DNA from: Antedon mediterranea
Taxonomy: Eukaryota > Animalia > Echinodermata
Assembly (NCBI RefSeq): GCF_964355755.1
Contig: NC_092673.1
Span: 4,402,001-4,466,000 of the forward strand
Direction of reading: 5' to 3'
DNA: 64,000 nt
The notes beneath the pieces are model-generated. The model was not told where the DNA came from. It did not search any database and saw only the letters and a list, made by a program, of their open reading frames with translations. The translations under genes were made by a program, and so were the position numbers. Shown piece by piece: positions 14,052 through 26,784 of this stretch. How positions within the stretch are numbered: the stretch's first letter is position 1; every line of letters begins with the position of its first letter.

Positions 14052-17000
14052 ATGGCGAGTATGGCAGCAAAGATGATTTTAGGAAACAAATTAAAAAGCG
14101 CCACAGGTAAAAACAACATTTCTATTGCAGTGTTGTTGGGACACCATGTCATGCTTTAGTCCTATGCACCCATCGCTTTTATCCGTTAAAAAAAATCCCT
14201 TTTTCTTTCCATACTCCACTTTTTTTTGCATCATTTGCTCACCATACTTTCCATCTCATTCTGTTTTACTTTTTCTTTGCACACACGATCTATTGTATTC
14301 AATAATTAATATCTCTATATAAAAATTAAAATTGTGAATAGAAACTTGAAAATTACTGATAAATATTTTGGGAAGCATAGGATGAAGCTTTGAGGTGGCG
14401 TCCTGACAATATTGTAATTTTTGTAGAATTTTGGTTGATTTTAATTTTTTTAGATTGCTGTATCAGCAAGTTGCAAACAGTAAGCAGCCATGGATATGTT
14501 AGGTAAGTACAATGAAAGTAGGTGTTTCTTTGTTAAATTAGTATTTGTTTCAATATCATCATTTTAGCTCTTGTTAAGGTAGATACACCCTACTCCCGCT
14601 CCCCCTCCCAAAATCCCTGCCTCCCCTTACACAGTACAATTTCGGTCATGTTGATATCCTATTTGTTGGATGCATACAATAAATAAAACAAAAATAGTAT
14701 TTTTTTTAAATCATGAAAATCATATAGTGAATTTTGCCCAAAAGGCATACAAAATATTAAGTGTGTATAACATAGAACCCTAAAACCAAGTTCGACTTCA
14801 CAACAATTAATGAATATTTTAAACATCAATATAATAGAATTGACACCGTACAGTACCGATCAATTTCATATTTTATTTTCATAATATATAATTGCTATGC
14901 TATTCCACATAAGGTGCTAGTATATTAGGGGAAATTTGTCAGCCACATAGGTTTATATCTTTTGCTGTTGTTGATGAGCCATGTTGAAGGTCGCCATGAA
15001 TAATTCTACTATTTGCCGTAAGCTAAATCTGCATAAAAGCTTTGGAAAACAAGCTCATTCTGCGTTGTACTCAATGTAATCAACGATAGTCTCTGTTCAA
15101 ATATTTAATATACTGTACTAAAGTTGCTAATAGATCACTAATAAAAAAAATGTCAATTCTGTTATTTGTTTGTTTTAAATAAAATAGTTTAAAAAGAAAT
15201 AGTTTTTTATTGAAAATTTGAAATAGATTTCTTGAATAAAAAAAACCAGTTTATATTGAGTAACATTTAAAAAAAAAATTCTTTTTAATTTGTAGCATCC
15301 AAATACTAAGCGACATTCTCCTGATCAAACTTTGTGTGACAAAAAAATGTGTTGTGCCCATATATGGACATGATGATGTCATATCTCTACCATATTTGGG
15401 CATATCACCACCATATTGGGACACATGGGCACATCCCTGTTTTTGTCAAACTAGTTTGTTAGGATAGACAAAGCTTTAATCGTATGATTACATTATAAGA
15501 CAAACACTTATATAAAATTTATTCCGTCTTACCTTTGGTTTCTCAAGAGAGTGATTTATTTTTTAATAACTGATTATTTCTTATTTCGCAGCGACAGGAC
15601 AAGGACAATATTAGTAAAAATGTTCATCTGGATCACTATAGTATTTTAAGTAAATTTTCTTTTGGATGATCCAAAGTCGAATAAAATTCGTAAACTTACG
15701 TTTTTTACTCTAGCTTTCGCTGGTCAACGACGCAGCTTAATCATGAGTGAGTCTCTGTGACTTGGACTTGTTACCATTAGATCTCGTATATGGTATAGCG
15801 CCATCTATAAAAATAAAAAAGGACAACGTTGTTATTATTAATGATTATAGTGTTTGTATACACAATGTTTTTTGTATAAAATTTCTTGTCTAGGTTTTTT
15901 TGTGGACTTTTTAAAAATTGATTTGTGGATTTTACTTGAATTATAGGTTAAAGCCCCCTTCCCTACCTTTTTTAGATCTAATTTAAGATCAAAAACTATA
16001 TTTAATGTAAAAAATAATACTATATGGTCCTATTGCGATAACTTTTTTCGTCTTTAAACGGTTAAAAATGTGAAAAATAAGTCGATTCTAATAATTATAG
16101 CGGCCCGCTATAAATCCCAAAATGCATTGCGCGCATTGATATTTTTGTTTTTCACCTGTAATTCGCCCACTTTTCGATCGATCGTGAGGCCAAAACAAAT
16201 GGAAGACTCCTAACTTTTAAGCGAAAATACTGGGTTTCCCCAATTTGTATCAACGGAGTCTGGCAAAAATAGAAAGACAATTAATGCAGCAACTATACAA
16301 CGTCAGGCTAGGTATATAGCTAGCGTATGATGTTCGTACGTTACCGATGTTTACCAACTAAGCCTTGCTAGGCTAGGCCTAAGACCGTCCACGAGAGGTT
16401 GATTGCCGCGAGCTACTTAGGTAGTGCATTGTTTCTCACTTTTTATCATAATTTACCATAAAACGTACATTTAAGACAAGGAATGACATGGTTTAATGTT
16501 TTTAAAGTGATATATATGTATTATTTTCCAAAAAAACGTCCAAAATTGCAGGGAAGGGGTCTTTAAGTAAAGTGACCTACATACTAAGATTATGAACATA
16601 TTCATTTCAGGTGAGATTGGTAAGATGGCTGGAGGAGAAGAAGACGAAGATGAAGAAGATAAGGAAGCACAATTATTGGAAGAAAGAAGATTACAAGAAG
16701 AAGAACGGAAACAAAAACATGTAAAAAAGGAAGCAGAAAGGGAAGAAGTTCGTCAAGAAATTAGAAATAAAGTAAGTTCTCACTATAGTATGCTATAGCA
16801 TTTAAGCTCTGTCTACACTATCAAAGTTTATGTGATGTGGCTATATGTGGACATGATGATTTCATATCGCTACCATATTTGGACATATTACTATCCTATT
16901 TGGGTAAATCACACTTTTTTTTGTCAAACTAGTTTGATAGTGTAGACAGAGCTTTAGGATACCCCACACTGTTCTTATGAATTTGCTTTTTGCCTTTGAG

Positions 17001-19934
17001 CAAAACATGGCAGACGTTGTCTGTCTGTCTTTACCCAGGTGAGAACAGCTTCGAAGAAAAAAGTCATCAAAATATATCAAGCTTAATTCATTCCTAATCC
17101 AGTAGTCTGGAAATAATTATCAAGCGATGTTTTGAAAATGTCTAGATATAAATTTTACCGTAGGCTTAGTATTCTTCTAGCTTGACATATGAGGAACATT
17201 AGTCATTCATCCTCTGTCAATGTAAATCGTGAAATATTTTACAAACAACACAAATAATGAGTTTATATTCTAAAGTTTTAGAGATTTATTATTACCTACT
17301 CACCTAGAAAGCTAGGCTTATGTGATTTTGTGTTTTAGTTAAGTAAAATGAAAGTAATTAAAAGCGAACATATTTGACATTAATACAGAATTAATACCCT
17401 CTCAAGAATTTATAAGCTTCTATGAGATTAATGTAAATTCAGATAAAGTAGGTAATTTTATTGAATGTGAATTTAATAGTATACATAGCTATAACAACCC
17501 ATATGTTACAAGTTTTAAAGTCTAAGAAGAGCAGTTAATTTTTAAATAATAGTTTTAGTAAATTTTGGTCTGGATTTATCAAGTGCCACTCACAATTTGT
17601 CATTCCACAAGATATTCAGTGATTAAAAAGACTAAGATCATTAATAAATTTTAATCCCCCAATCACTCCTGTACAGTTATTTTACTGTTTATATTTGTTA
17701 ATTAGTGATTTGTTTAAACTCTCTTACTCACGATCAACTCACGATCAATCAGTCATGATTGGCTATCATTAACAATCAAGTATAAAATGTTTACTTGATT
17801 GGTATGATTACAGTACAGTCAATAAAATAAACCATGGAGTAATACTGTACTCCATGAATAAACCGACTAAAGTTATGACCACCAGGAGAAATGATAATAG
17901 ATGGCTTTTTAACTATACTTCAATTTTTGTTCTGTTGATTATACTGTAGTACGTCATTTGTATATGCTAATCTATAATGTTTATTATTTTAGAATTACTG
18001 TAAAATACGACAATATCATCTTTCCCTACGACAATATTTGATAAATATAGTATATAAATAATTGAATGTTCATTATTTTCTTCTTTGGTGATTTAGAATA
18101 GATCTTGTGAATTATCTAAAGCACAGTTCATTTAGAATAAGTGTCAATAAATAGGATTGTTTACAAAGAATTCCTCTATGAGTATTATAGTGTCTTATCA
18201 CAATAAATTGCTCTGTGACGCACTTAAGTTAAAGTAGAAATTGTAGAAAGGAAGATATTTCAAGTTAGCTGTAAAAACCACATCTTTAGGCTACCACCAA
18301 CGGGTCCACATGTTTCATTTATGAACACTGCACAGTAGATAACATACAAGGTGTATAAAGCGCACATATCAAGGCGCTTAGATCTATGTTATAATCTATG
18401 TTTATAATTAATAGACTAGTAATCACCATGTATTTATTTATTTATTCAACTTCTCACTAAAAGATGTATGTACATTAGTGAAGGATGGGGACCAACAGGT
18501 GGTAAACACCTCTAAAACGGTCCAGTCACAATTGCACAGCGATGTGTGTGACAGTGGCTGTGTTTGTGTGGACTAGTACATCGGGGTAACGCCCTACTAG
18601 TCTCGAAAGATGTACTGGGTTCTTTAAAGTGCACATGAGCTATGTGTACACTGGACCTACAGTTCCACTGTCTTAACCGCTCAGCCACTCACTCACTCTG
18701 TACATACTGTAGCTAGAGGCATGGTACAGTTAGTACTATACAGTAGTATAAAGGACATACAATACATTACAAATCGTTTGAATTTTTTGTTTTTTTAGTA
18801 TGGTTTAAAGAAAAAAGAACAATTTGTGATACCAGATGATCCCGGCCGATTAACGAGAAAGAAAAAAACACCCGAAGAACTTGCAGCGGCCCAAAATGCC
18901 GACGATGAAGAAGAAGGTATGATTGACATTTATATTTATATGTTAGAATGTGACTCACGACACCCCAAAACGCAAATATAAACCCTGTCTACACTATCAA
19001 ACTGCCCATATATTGACATGATGATGTCACTACCATATTTGGGCATATCACTACCATATTTGGGCACATCACACCTTTTTTGTCAAAAAGTGCCGACAGG
19101 GCTTAAGGAACTGATACTGTAGATAGGGGTTGGGGGGGGGGGAGGGTGTGGTCATCTATAGAAAATATAGGTTTGGTTCTTTTTACATACATTTTCTGGT
19201 AATGTTAGAAGATAATATCGATTTTTTGGGGTTATTTGGAAATAGAATTCCTTTTGTTATTATCACTTGGTATGTTTCAGAACACAAAACACATCATCTT
19301 AAGCTCTGTCTGCACAGTTTTCAAAAATGTGATGTACCATATATAGACATGATAATGTCATATCACTACCATATTTGAACATATTACTATCATATTTGGG
19401 CACATCACATTTTTTTTGTCAAACTATTTTGATAGTGTAGGCAGAGCTTTATAATGTATGTTTCAACTAAAAAAAGGAGCTTGTATTCAATTTCATTAAA
19501 TGGTTGAATAGACAGCAATCCATCTAATTAATTTCTTTGAAGCGTACTTTAGTTTTAGAATCTAATTAGAAAGTGTAATTATCACCATACAGCCGCCTGT
19601 AATTCATAGGCAAATGGGTCTTAAATTCCCAAAACTCGGCTCTAAAAAAAGATTTTTGTGTCGTCGTTCGCAAGTAGCAGTCTCGATTAATGTTTCAGCT
19701 CTGAGATGGATTTAACTAATTTCTGATCATTTAAAGGCTAAAATTACATCATTCAAGAAGTAATATAATGTTTTTCGTTTGAAAGTATGAATATGAAGCT
19801 TTCTTCTGATAATTTTATTAAACTTTACATCATTTTCTTTAGGCATCATGGGCCAGATTCTGAGTTACGTTAATCCAATAGCATCTCGATTCGGCTTTTC
19901 ATTTGGTGGAGACGAGGCAGAAGAGAAGAAGTAA
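14052..19934 (+). CDS. CPLX: Complexin (synaphin), 141 aa, 4 coding exons
   Basis: Exons 14052-14106 (MASMAAKMILGNKLKSAT), 16611-16771 (GEIGKMAGGEEDEDEEDKEAQLLEERRLQEEERKQKHVKKEAEREEVRQEIRNK), 18799-18916 (YGLKKKEQFVIPDDPGRLTRKKKTPEELAAAQNADDEEE), 19843-19934 (GIMGQILSYVNPIASRFGFSFGGDEAEEKK*). All introns are GT-AG with consistent phases (1,0,1). The E.ERE..RQ.IR.KYGL.KK central SNARE-binding helix is diagnostic of complexins. Confidence 0.93.
14454..14502 (+). other. Candidate alternative start exon of complexin (MDML-G)
   Basis: Acceptor ttttttAG at 14452-14453, strong Kozak context gcagccATGG at 14490, and donor AG/gtaagt at 14503 in phase 1, the same phase as the MASMAAK exon. Confidence 0.55.
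15315..15475. mobile_element. MITE family A (degenerate)
   Basis: Core and right TIR are recognisable. Confidence 0.7.
15952..16562. mobile_element. Non-autonomous DNA transposon with TTAA TSD
   Basis: TIR AGCCCCCTTCCCTAC / GCAGGGAAGGGGTCT with TTAA on both sides and a GC-richer interior. Confidence 0.75.
16805..16953. mobile_element. MITE family A
   Basis: Near-perfect TIRs and TTA TSD. Confidence 0.85.
18435..18700 (-). mobile_element. Deu/Nin-type SINE copy (tail type 2)
   Basis: Reverse complement of the same core (ggttctttaaagtgcacatgagc, acactggacctac) with an internally deleted head. Confidence 0.7.
18982..19103. mobile_element. MITE family A (deleted)
   Basis: Left TIR, core and a degenerate right TIR. 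Confidence 0.7.
19302..19448. mobile_element. MITE family A
   Basis: TIRs with TTA TSD. Confidence 0.8.
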
Positions 19935-20281
19935 GGTGACGAGGTTGTCAAGGGCAAAATATAATGTGCTACTCACGAAATAAATCACCTGAAAAATGTA
20001 ATATCTGCTCAAATCTCTTTGGTTATTTGATGATTATGTTTGATTACCCAGGTTTATCATTAATTAATCCCAAATTTGAATTGTTTCATTGTTTAAATTA
20101 TCATTGTTCATCATCATCAATATCATCATGATTATTTTCATCATTAATTATCATCAAATTTTCATCATCATAGTTTCATTAATATCGTACATGCTGTTCC
20201 ACACATATGAAATTGTTACAAAGCTCAATCTATTTTGACAATGATTTCATAACTTATGACCACACCATTAATCATACTTAA

Positions 20282-20591
20282 AGATGTATTGTCCCCCTGA
20301 AAAATAATTTTTTAATATTTTTTTGTTGAATATGCAATTTTAATTTCACATAATAGTTATCCACTTTGACCAAAAATTAGATCAAAACAAAATTTATTTA
20401 CCTGAAAAAACTGTAATTTAAAGCAAAAAATGGTCAAATTGGCTGCCAGCCAATGGATTTTTGGTTGAATTTAACCATTTATCATGTTATTTTATAATGA
20501 CATAAATGATTAACTTAAACTACAAAATAAACTATTCAAAGTCTGATTTAATTAATCTTCATTTTTCATGTTTTTGGGGGACAATACATCT
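20282..20591. mobile_element. MITE family B (TTAA TSD, Kolobok-like ends)
   Basis: TIR AGATGTATTGTCCCC/GGGGACAATACATCT flanked by TTAA. Confidence 0.85.
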
Positions 20592-22561
20592 TTAAGTATA
20601 TCTAAATAATCAATCATTATAATCATCATCATAATCAAATCATTTATTATTCACCCGCCTCCTGATTTTCCTCCCTGACAACCTTGCCCAAACATTGCCC
20701 CATTGTTTTGTTCTTAACCTTTTTTTAGAGGTTAAGGATTTATGTATTTTTCATTATTAATATTATTATCACTATTTGTTATCATATTTAATATTTTGAA
20801 TATTTGTTGTATCCCACCAATAGTGCAATAGGTTTCCTATCTTATGTTTGTTTTTATGTTTGTTATTTTTCCGTTGAGGTGCTCTAAGGAGTTAAATATA
20901 GAATTGATTCTATATCAATAGTTAATATGATTGTACAAATTTAAAAATAGCTATGAATACATTGTTATAATTAGAGGTATTGATAGATAACATCATCTAA
21001 AATAGTATAATGTCTTGTTATAATATGATTGATCTGTCTGTTTTTAGAAGGTTTGATCTTCCAAACCGTAGGTTTAATAAAAAAAATAATGGCGCCAATA
21101 CAACCAGACTTGGATGATACTAAGCTGATAAAATGTATATCAGTCAAACATCACAGTTATAAAATTAATTATAGGACCAAATTTTAACTGATTTTCTTAA
21201 CATTTCTATAAAGATTTTTCTTTATTAATATACTGTAATTTCATATTTATAATCTATTTATGTCAAGTTGTTTTGTCTTTGTTAATTTCAATTTAATTTA
21301 TTATTGTCAATTATTAGTATTATTTGTGTACTCTTTATCGCAATATTGATGAGTTAATATTATTTTTCATTGCTTGAGTTGTAGTATGTACTTCATCTAC
21401 TTACTGACACTGTGGTTTACATTTCTGTGGTTCAAATCCTAGCCATGTGACAGAACCATGATTTATCTCATAGCTAATACACTGTTACCTTACAAGAGTT
21501 AATGTAGAAAGTATTGGTTTTTTTTACATCCTGTATCATATGCGGGTCATGAATCTTGTGAATGGTAAAAACTTTAAAATGCTGTCATACTAATCTTCGC
21601 CCGGTAAGGCCCAGTACAGTTTTATAATATAAAATGATATATAGTACATGCTTACATATTAACATGCTCTAGTGAGAAATTGTACTTAAATATATATTTT
21701 TATTTCCAGAAGAAAGTTAAAATTATTTAAAATATTTTTTTAATTCTAAATGCGTCAATCGTCAGCTTCAATGCCACAATACATCACAGAGGACGCTCTT
21801 CATTTTTAGAATAACCCTAATCAGTATTTTGACTTAACTAATTTTGATTTAGAAATGTATAAAACGTAAAAGTAAATATTAAAATAACATGATATATATA
21901 ATGTTAGGATGTACTTAGGAATGTTTTATAATTACCTAAATTTTCATAAAACCCTACTGGGCAAAGATTAGTATGACTCAACATGTAACAACAAAATGTG
22001 TAAACATTATTTATATTCTATAAAAATAAATTTTGCAGTAAATTATTGTATATTTGTTTCAAAATTTACTGAAATTTGTTATTTAAAAACTATTTCACAT
22101 ATTATTTATATTCAATTGATCGGAAAAAATATTTCTAAATGTTTTTATTAAACAATATAGACACTTTTTCTCACATAACTATTAAAACAAACATCACAAC
22201 TTCTTTTCATCCGGGGATTGAGCATCATACAGCTTCTTCTCATACACAGTCATATTAACTCTCATTTGTATGTATGCATCACCATGCAATATCATCACTT
22301 CACATGTAAATGTTACTGGTTAATACTACATTTTCTCATACAGGTATTGTACATTTTGGGAGATCGCCTTGAAATGCATTGTGCAATTGTCAGACACTGT
22401 GAATATTTAATTTATTTAAATCCAGTATAAATGTGTATTGTATGTATACTGTATGTAGAAATAATTAAAAGAAAAACTAGAAATCAAAATTAGAAATTGG
22501 TTGTTTTTTAAATACTTTATATTTCAGTATGCAAATACCTCAACCTGACTCGACATTTTAA

Positions 22562-22766
22562 AGCTCTGTCTACACTATCGAACTAGTCAAGAAAGTGCCC
22601 AAATATGGTAGTGATACACCCAAATATGGTAGTGATACACCCAAATATGGTAGTGATACACCCAAATATGGTAGTGATACACCCAAATATGGTAGTGATA
22701 TGACATCGTCATGTCTAAATATGGGAACATCACAAAGTTTGTATGGTTTGATAGCGTAGACAGAGC
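22562..22766. mobile_element. MITE family A (reverse orientation; founder of the 64-bp satellite)
   Basis: TIRs, TAA TSD and four internal 21-bp units. Confidence 0.85.
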
Positions 22767-24000
22767 TTAAGTATGGGTTTAAATATGGGAACATCACAAA
22801 GTGTGTATGGTTTGATAGTGTAGACAGAGCTTAAGTATGGGTTTAAATATGGGAACATCACAAAGTGTGTATGGTTTGATAGTGTAGACAGAGCTTAAGT
22901 ATGGGTTTAAATATGGGAACATCACAAAGTGTGTATGGTTTGATAGTGTAGACAGAGCTTAAGTATGGGTTTAAATATGGGAACATCACAAAGTGTGTAT
23001 GGTTTGATAGTGTAGACAGAGCTTAAGTATGGGTTTAAATATGGGAACATCACAAAGTGTGTATGGTTTGATAGTGTAGACAGAGCTTAAGTATGGGTTT
23101 AAATATGGGAACATCACAAAGTGTGTATGGTTTGATAGTGTAGACAGAGCTTAAGTATGGGTTTAAATATGGGAACATCACAAAGTGTGTATGGTTTGAT
23201 AGTGTAGACAGAGCTTAAGTATGGGTTTAAATATGGGAACATCACAAAGTGTGTATGGTTTGATAGTGTAGACAGAGCTTAAGTATGGGTTTAAATATGG
23301 GAACATCACAAAGTGTGTATGGTTTGATAGTGTAGACAGAGCTTAAGTATGGGTTTAAATATGGGAACATCACAAAGTGTGTATGGTTTGATAGTGTAGA
23401 CAGAGCTTAAGTATGGGTTTAAATATGGGAACATCACAAAGTGTGTATGGTTTGATAGTGTAGACAGAGCTTAAGTATGGGTTTAAATATGGGAACATCA
23501 CAAAGTGTGTATGGTTTGATAGTGTAGACAGAGCTTAAGTATGGGTTTAAATATGGGAACATCACAAAGTGTGTATGGTTTGATAGTGTAGACAGAGCTT
23601 AAGTATGGGTTTAAATATGGGAACATCACAAAGTGTGTATGGTTTGATAGTGTAGACAGGGCTTAAGTATGGGTTTAAATATGGGAACATCACAAAGTGT
23701 GTATGGTTTGATAGTGTAGACAGAGCTTAAGTATGGGTTTATAAATATGGGAACATCACAAAGTGTGTATGGTTTGATAGTGTAGACAGAGCTTAAGTAT
23801 GGGTTTATAAATATGGGAACATCACAAAGTGTGTATGGTTTGATAGTGTAGACAGAGCTTAAGTATGGGTTTAAATATGGGAACATCACAAAGTGTGTAT
23901 GGTTTGATAGTGTAGACAGAGCTTAAGTATGGGTTTAAATATGGGAACATCACAAAGTGTGTATGGTTTTATAGCGTAGACAGAGTTTAAGTATGGGTTT
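22717..24000. repeat. 64-bp tandem satellite (~20 copies) made from a MITE right end plus flank
   Basis: Unit aaatatgggaacatcacaaagtgtgtatggtttgatagtgtagacagagcttaagtatgggttt. Copies are near-identical; two units carry an extra 2 bp. Confidence 0.97.
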
Positions 24001-24790
24001 AGAATGGAAATTTTAATTGGAATCATATAGTAATTACCAGAGCATAGTACAAATGTTCTATTACAGATATCGGCATTAAAAATCCATTATTCTAAGTACA
24101 TTTTACCCTATCCAGCTAACTGAACACCCAACAGTGTCTGGAAGCCCATTTGCTGTTAGCTTTTGCTGTTTTGGGTTATAGTCAATACAATATATACCCT
24201 CAAGCTAGTCAATCTAACAAGCAGATATATCTGAGATGGAGTTCACAATGCATATATAATATATATACAGTATTATAAAAAGACGAAACTATGCCTTGTG
24301 GAAAGTTATCAAATCTATGGTTCCTGCTAAATACATACATATTAATTAATTTTGATTAGTATCCATGACAAAAACCGTCCCTAAATTGGGCCTTGGAATT
24401 GATAAAATAATTATAATCATCCCTCACGTTAATTCACATACATAAATTATTCATAATTTGCTTATGAATGATCTTCATTCATGGATAAATTTTACTTTTA
24501 GCTGTAAATTACTTCCGACTATTTTACCATTATCAGTTTATGCATCTTTTATGTAAAAGCCTCTACATATTCTTGTATAGTAGCACGGTGCCCATACCAT
24601 CATAAAATTAACTAACTTAACCCTCTATATCTCTCATTACACTACAGTATCCCACATGGGATGAAGGTTGCTGTTGGAAGACACGCTACTGCAGGATGCT
24701 GTGTGAAACCGCTCATGTAACCACCTTAACTTTAGGACCTGGAACGTATTCCGCATTTGAATAGAAAAACCATGGAATTTTGCCCTTTAA

Positions 24791-25134
24791 AGATGTATTT
24801 TCCCCCAAAAACATGAAAAATTAAGATTAATTAAATCAGATTCTGAATAGGTTATTGTGTAGTTTTAATCAAGTTAATCATTTCCGTAGAAAAAGAAATA
24901 GAAAAATAATGCCTTCACTTATAAAATGACAAAATAAATGATTAAATTCAACCAAAAACCCATTGGCTGGCAGGCAATTTGACTATTTTTGCTTTAAATT
25001 ACAGTTTTCTCAGGTAAATAATTGTTTTCGATCCAATTTTTGGTCAAAATGGATAACTATTTTTATGTGACATTAAAATGGCATATTTAACAAAAAATGT
25101 TTTAAGAATTATTTTTCAGGGGGACAATACATCT
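24791..25134. mobile_element. MITE family B
   Basis: Same TIR and TTAA, in the opposite orientation to the 20282 copy. Confidence 0.85.
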
Positions 25135-26142
25135 TTAAGAATAAACCTTAGCTTTCTCAGCAGACACAGTTCACTAAATGACCACATTAGAGATACAGTC
25201 CATATTGGAATGGGTGTAACATGGCAGTCTACTAGATTCAGGTTTATTTAGTTACAGAACTATTATTGTATATGCATACATTTAAAAGATTGTACGTTTA
25301 ATAAATTGAATCGGGAACAGAGAAATTCAGCAATATTTGTCTTTTAAAACACAGATGGAAAAGTGGACAAATTAATTCAGATATCTATGCTGTATAGCCA
25401 TTTTGCCTAATCTAATGTATGGTGTTGTGGAAGTTTTTCAGATTTGTTTAACATACAAGAATATAGATATACTCTATTAGATCAAATAATCATGTGAGAT
25501 TGTTACATAACATATTATTTGGAACGATTATGCCACATATTTACAGTCTATTAGTTTGCACAGGTATACATACTCATTAACAACCTGCTGATGATATACT
25601 ACAGTTTACTGTAGTTGCATTGGTGATATAGTTTTCATATAAAGAATATGAATTCATCATCCCTGCACAAAACAGATTACATCTAAGCCTGTAGGGTGAT
25701 GGTCTCATTGCTCTGTGAAATGAAGCTATCAAGCCGAATTAATTTTAAATATTCAGTAGTACTACTGTGCACATTATTAAAATCACTGTACCTGAAATTT
25801 AAATTACTTATTCAATAAATTATTTATTATAATATTCAATAATCATGTAACATGCTATTCAACTGTAATAGCAAAGTAGGGGATTTGTAAAACAAATCAA
25901 TAATTCTAAGAGATTTCATGTTGTATATTTTAAGATGATTCAAATTTCAGCTTGTCCTGTTTTATAATGCAAGCCGAAATGAATTGAAACGAAACATAGA
26001 TATTCTGGATATTGCATATCCTTTAAAAACTAAAGCAGTTAAGAATATGATCCAAAATCCAATTATATGCAAGAGACAAAATCAATATTACAGGTCATCG
26101 TGTCACGGATTTATGTCTCGTCTTTTAGGTACCTAGTGATTA

Positions 26143-26287
26143 AGCTGTCTACACTACCAAACTAGTAATGAAATGTGCCCAAATATGGTATTGATATGCT
26201 CAAATATGGTAGTGATATGACATCATCGTGTCCATATATGGGCACATCACATTTTTTGTCACATGTTTTGATAGTGTAGACAGGGCT
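26143..26287. mobile_element. MITE family A (reverse orientation)
   Basis: TIRs and core. Confidence 0.8.
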
Positions 26288-26784
26288 TTAGGAACTGCTT
26301 GCAATGAATCATATGAATTTGGATTTTGTGACAGGTTTTGGAGCCAGGTTGTTTTTTTTTATTTAATTTTTTGTTATATTTTTATATGTAGATGATTAGT
26401 GTAAAGTTGTAATGCATAGATAGACATTTTAATTAAAGTATTCCTGTGAGGACACACTTTAGTACAAAGCTATAATAATGCTATGTGTGCTCAGACACAT
26501 GAAACTTCGCAATACCTCACTACTCATTGCGAAAAGAAATATAAATTCACAAAATAAGTTGATAATGTCCAATTTAATTAATATTATACTAAAAAAAAAC
26601 AGAGTAATAACCACATTTAACAAATTCAACTTAGTTGCATTGACAAAACGTTTGCATTGTTTGGCATATAGTATGCAAGAAATATAGTATTTCCAAAAAT
26701 AACATAGTAATAATAAAACAATGTGTTTAATTATTACATTTTAATATTCAAAATAACTATTATATAACGAATCCTACTGTAAAA

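Noticed and set aside
17001-17038. Extra complexin start exon (aaacATGGCAGAC...cag/gtgaga)
   Set aside because: It ends in phase 2, which is incompatible with the phase-0 downstream exon.
22344-22410. CAAX-encoding complexin exon (KCIVQ)
   Set aside because: CIVQ is not followed by a stop codon in that frame.
22570-23889. Repetitive ORFs (SLPYLGV)n and YLSSVYTIKP; similar ORFs at 55088-55322
   Set aside because: These are translations of MITE internal repeats and the satellite.
22717-24000. CRISPR-like array
   Set aside because: The units are contiguous and near-identical with no unique spacers, there are no cas genes, and the context is eukaryotic.
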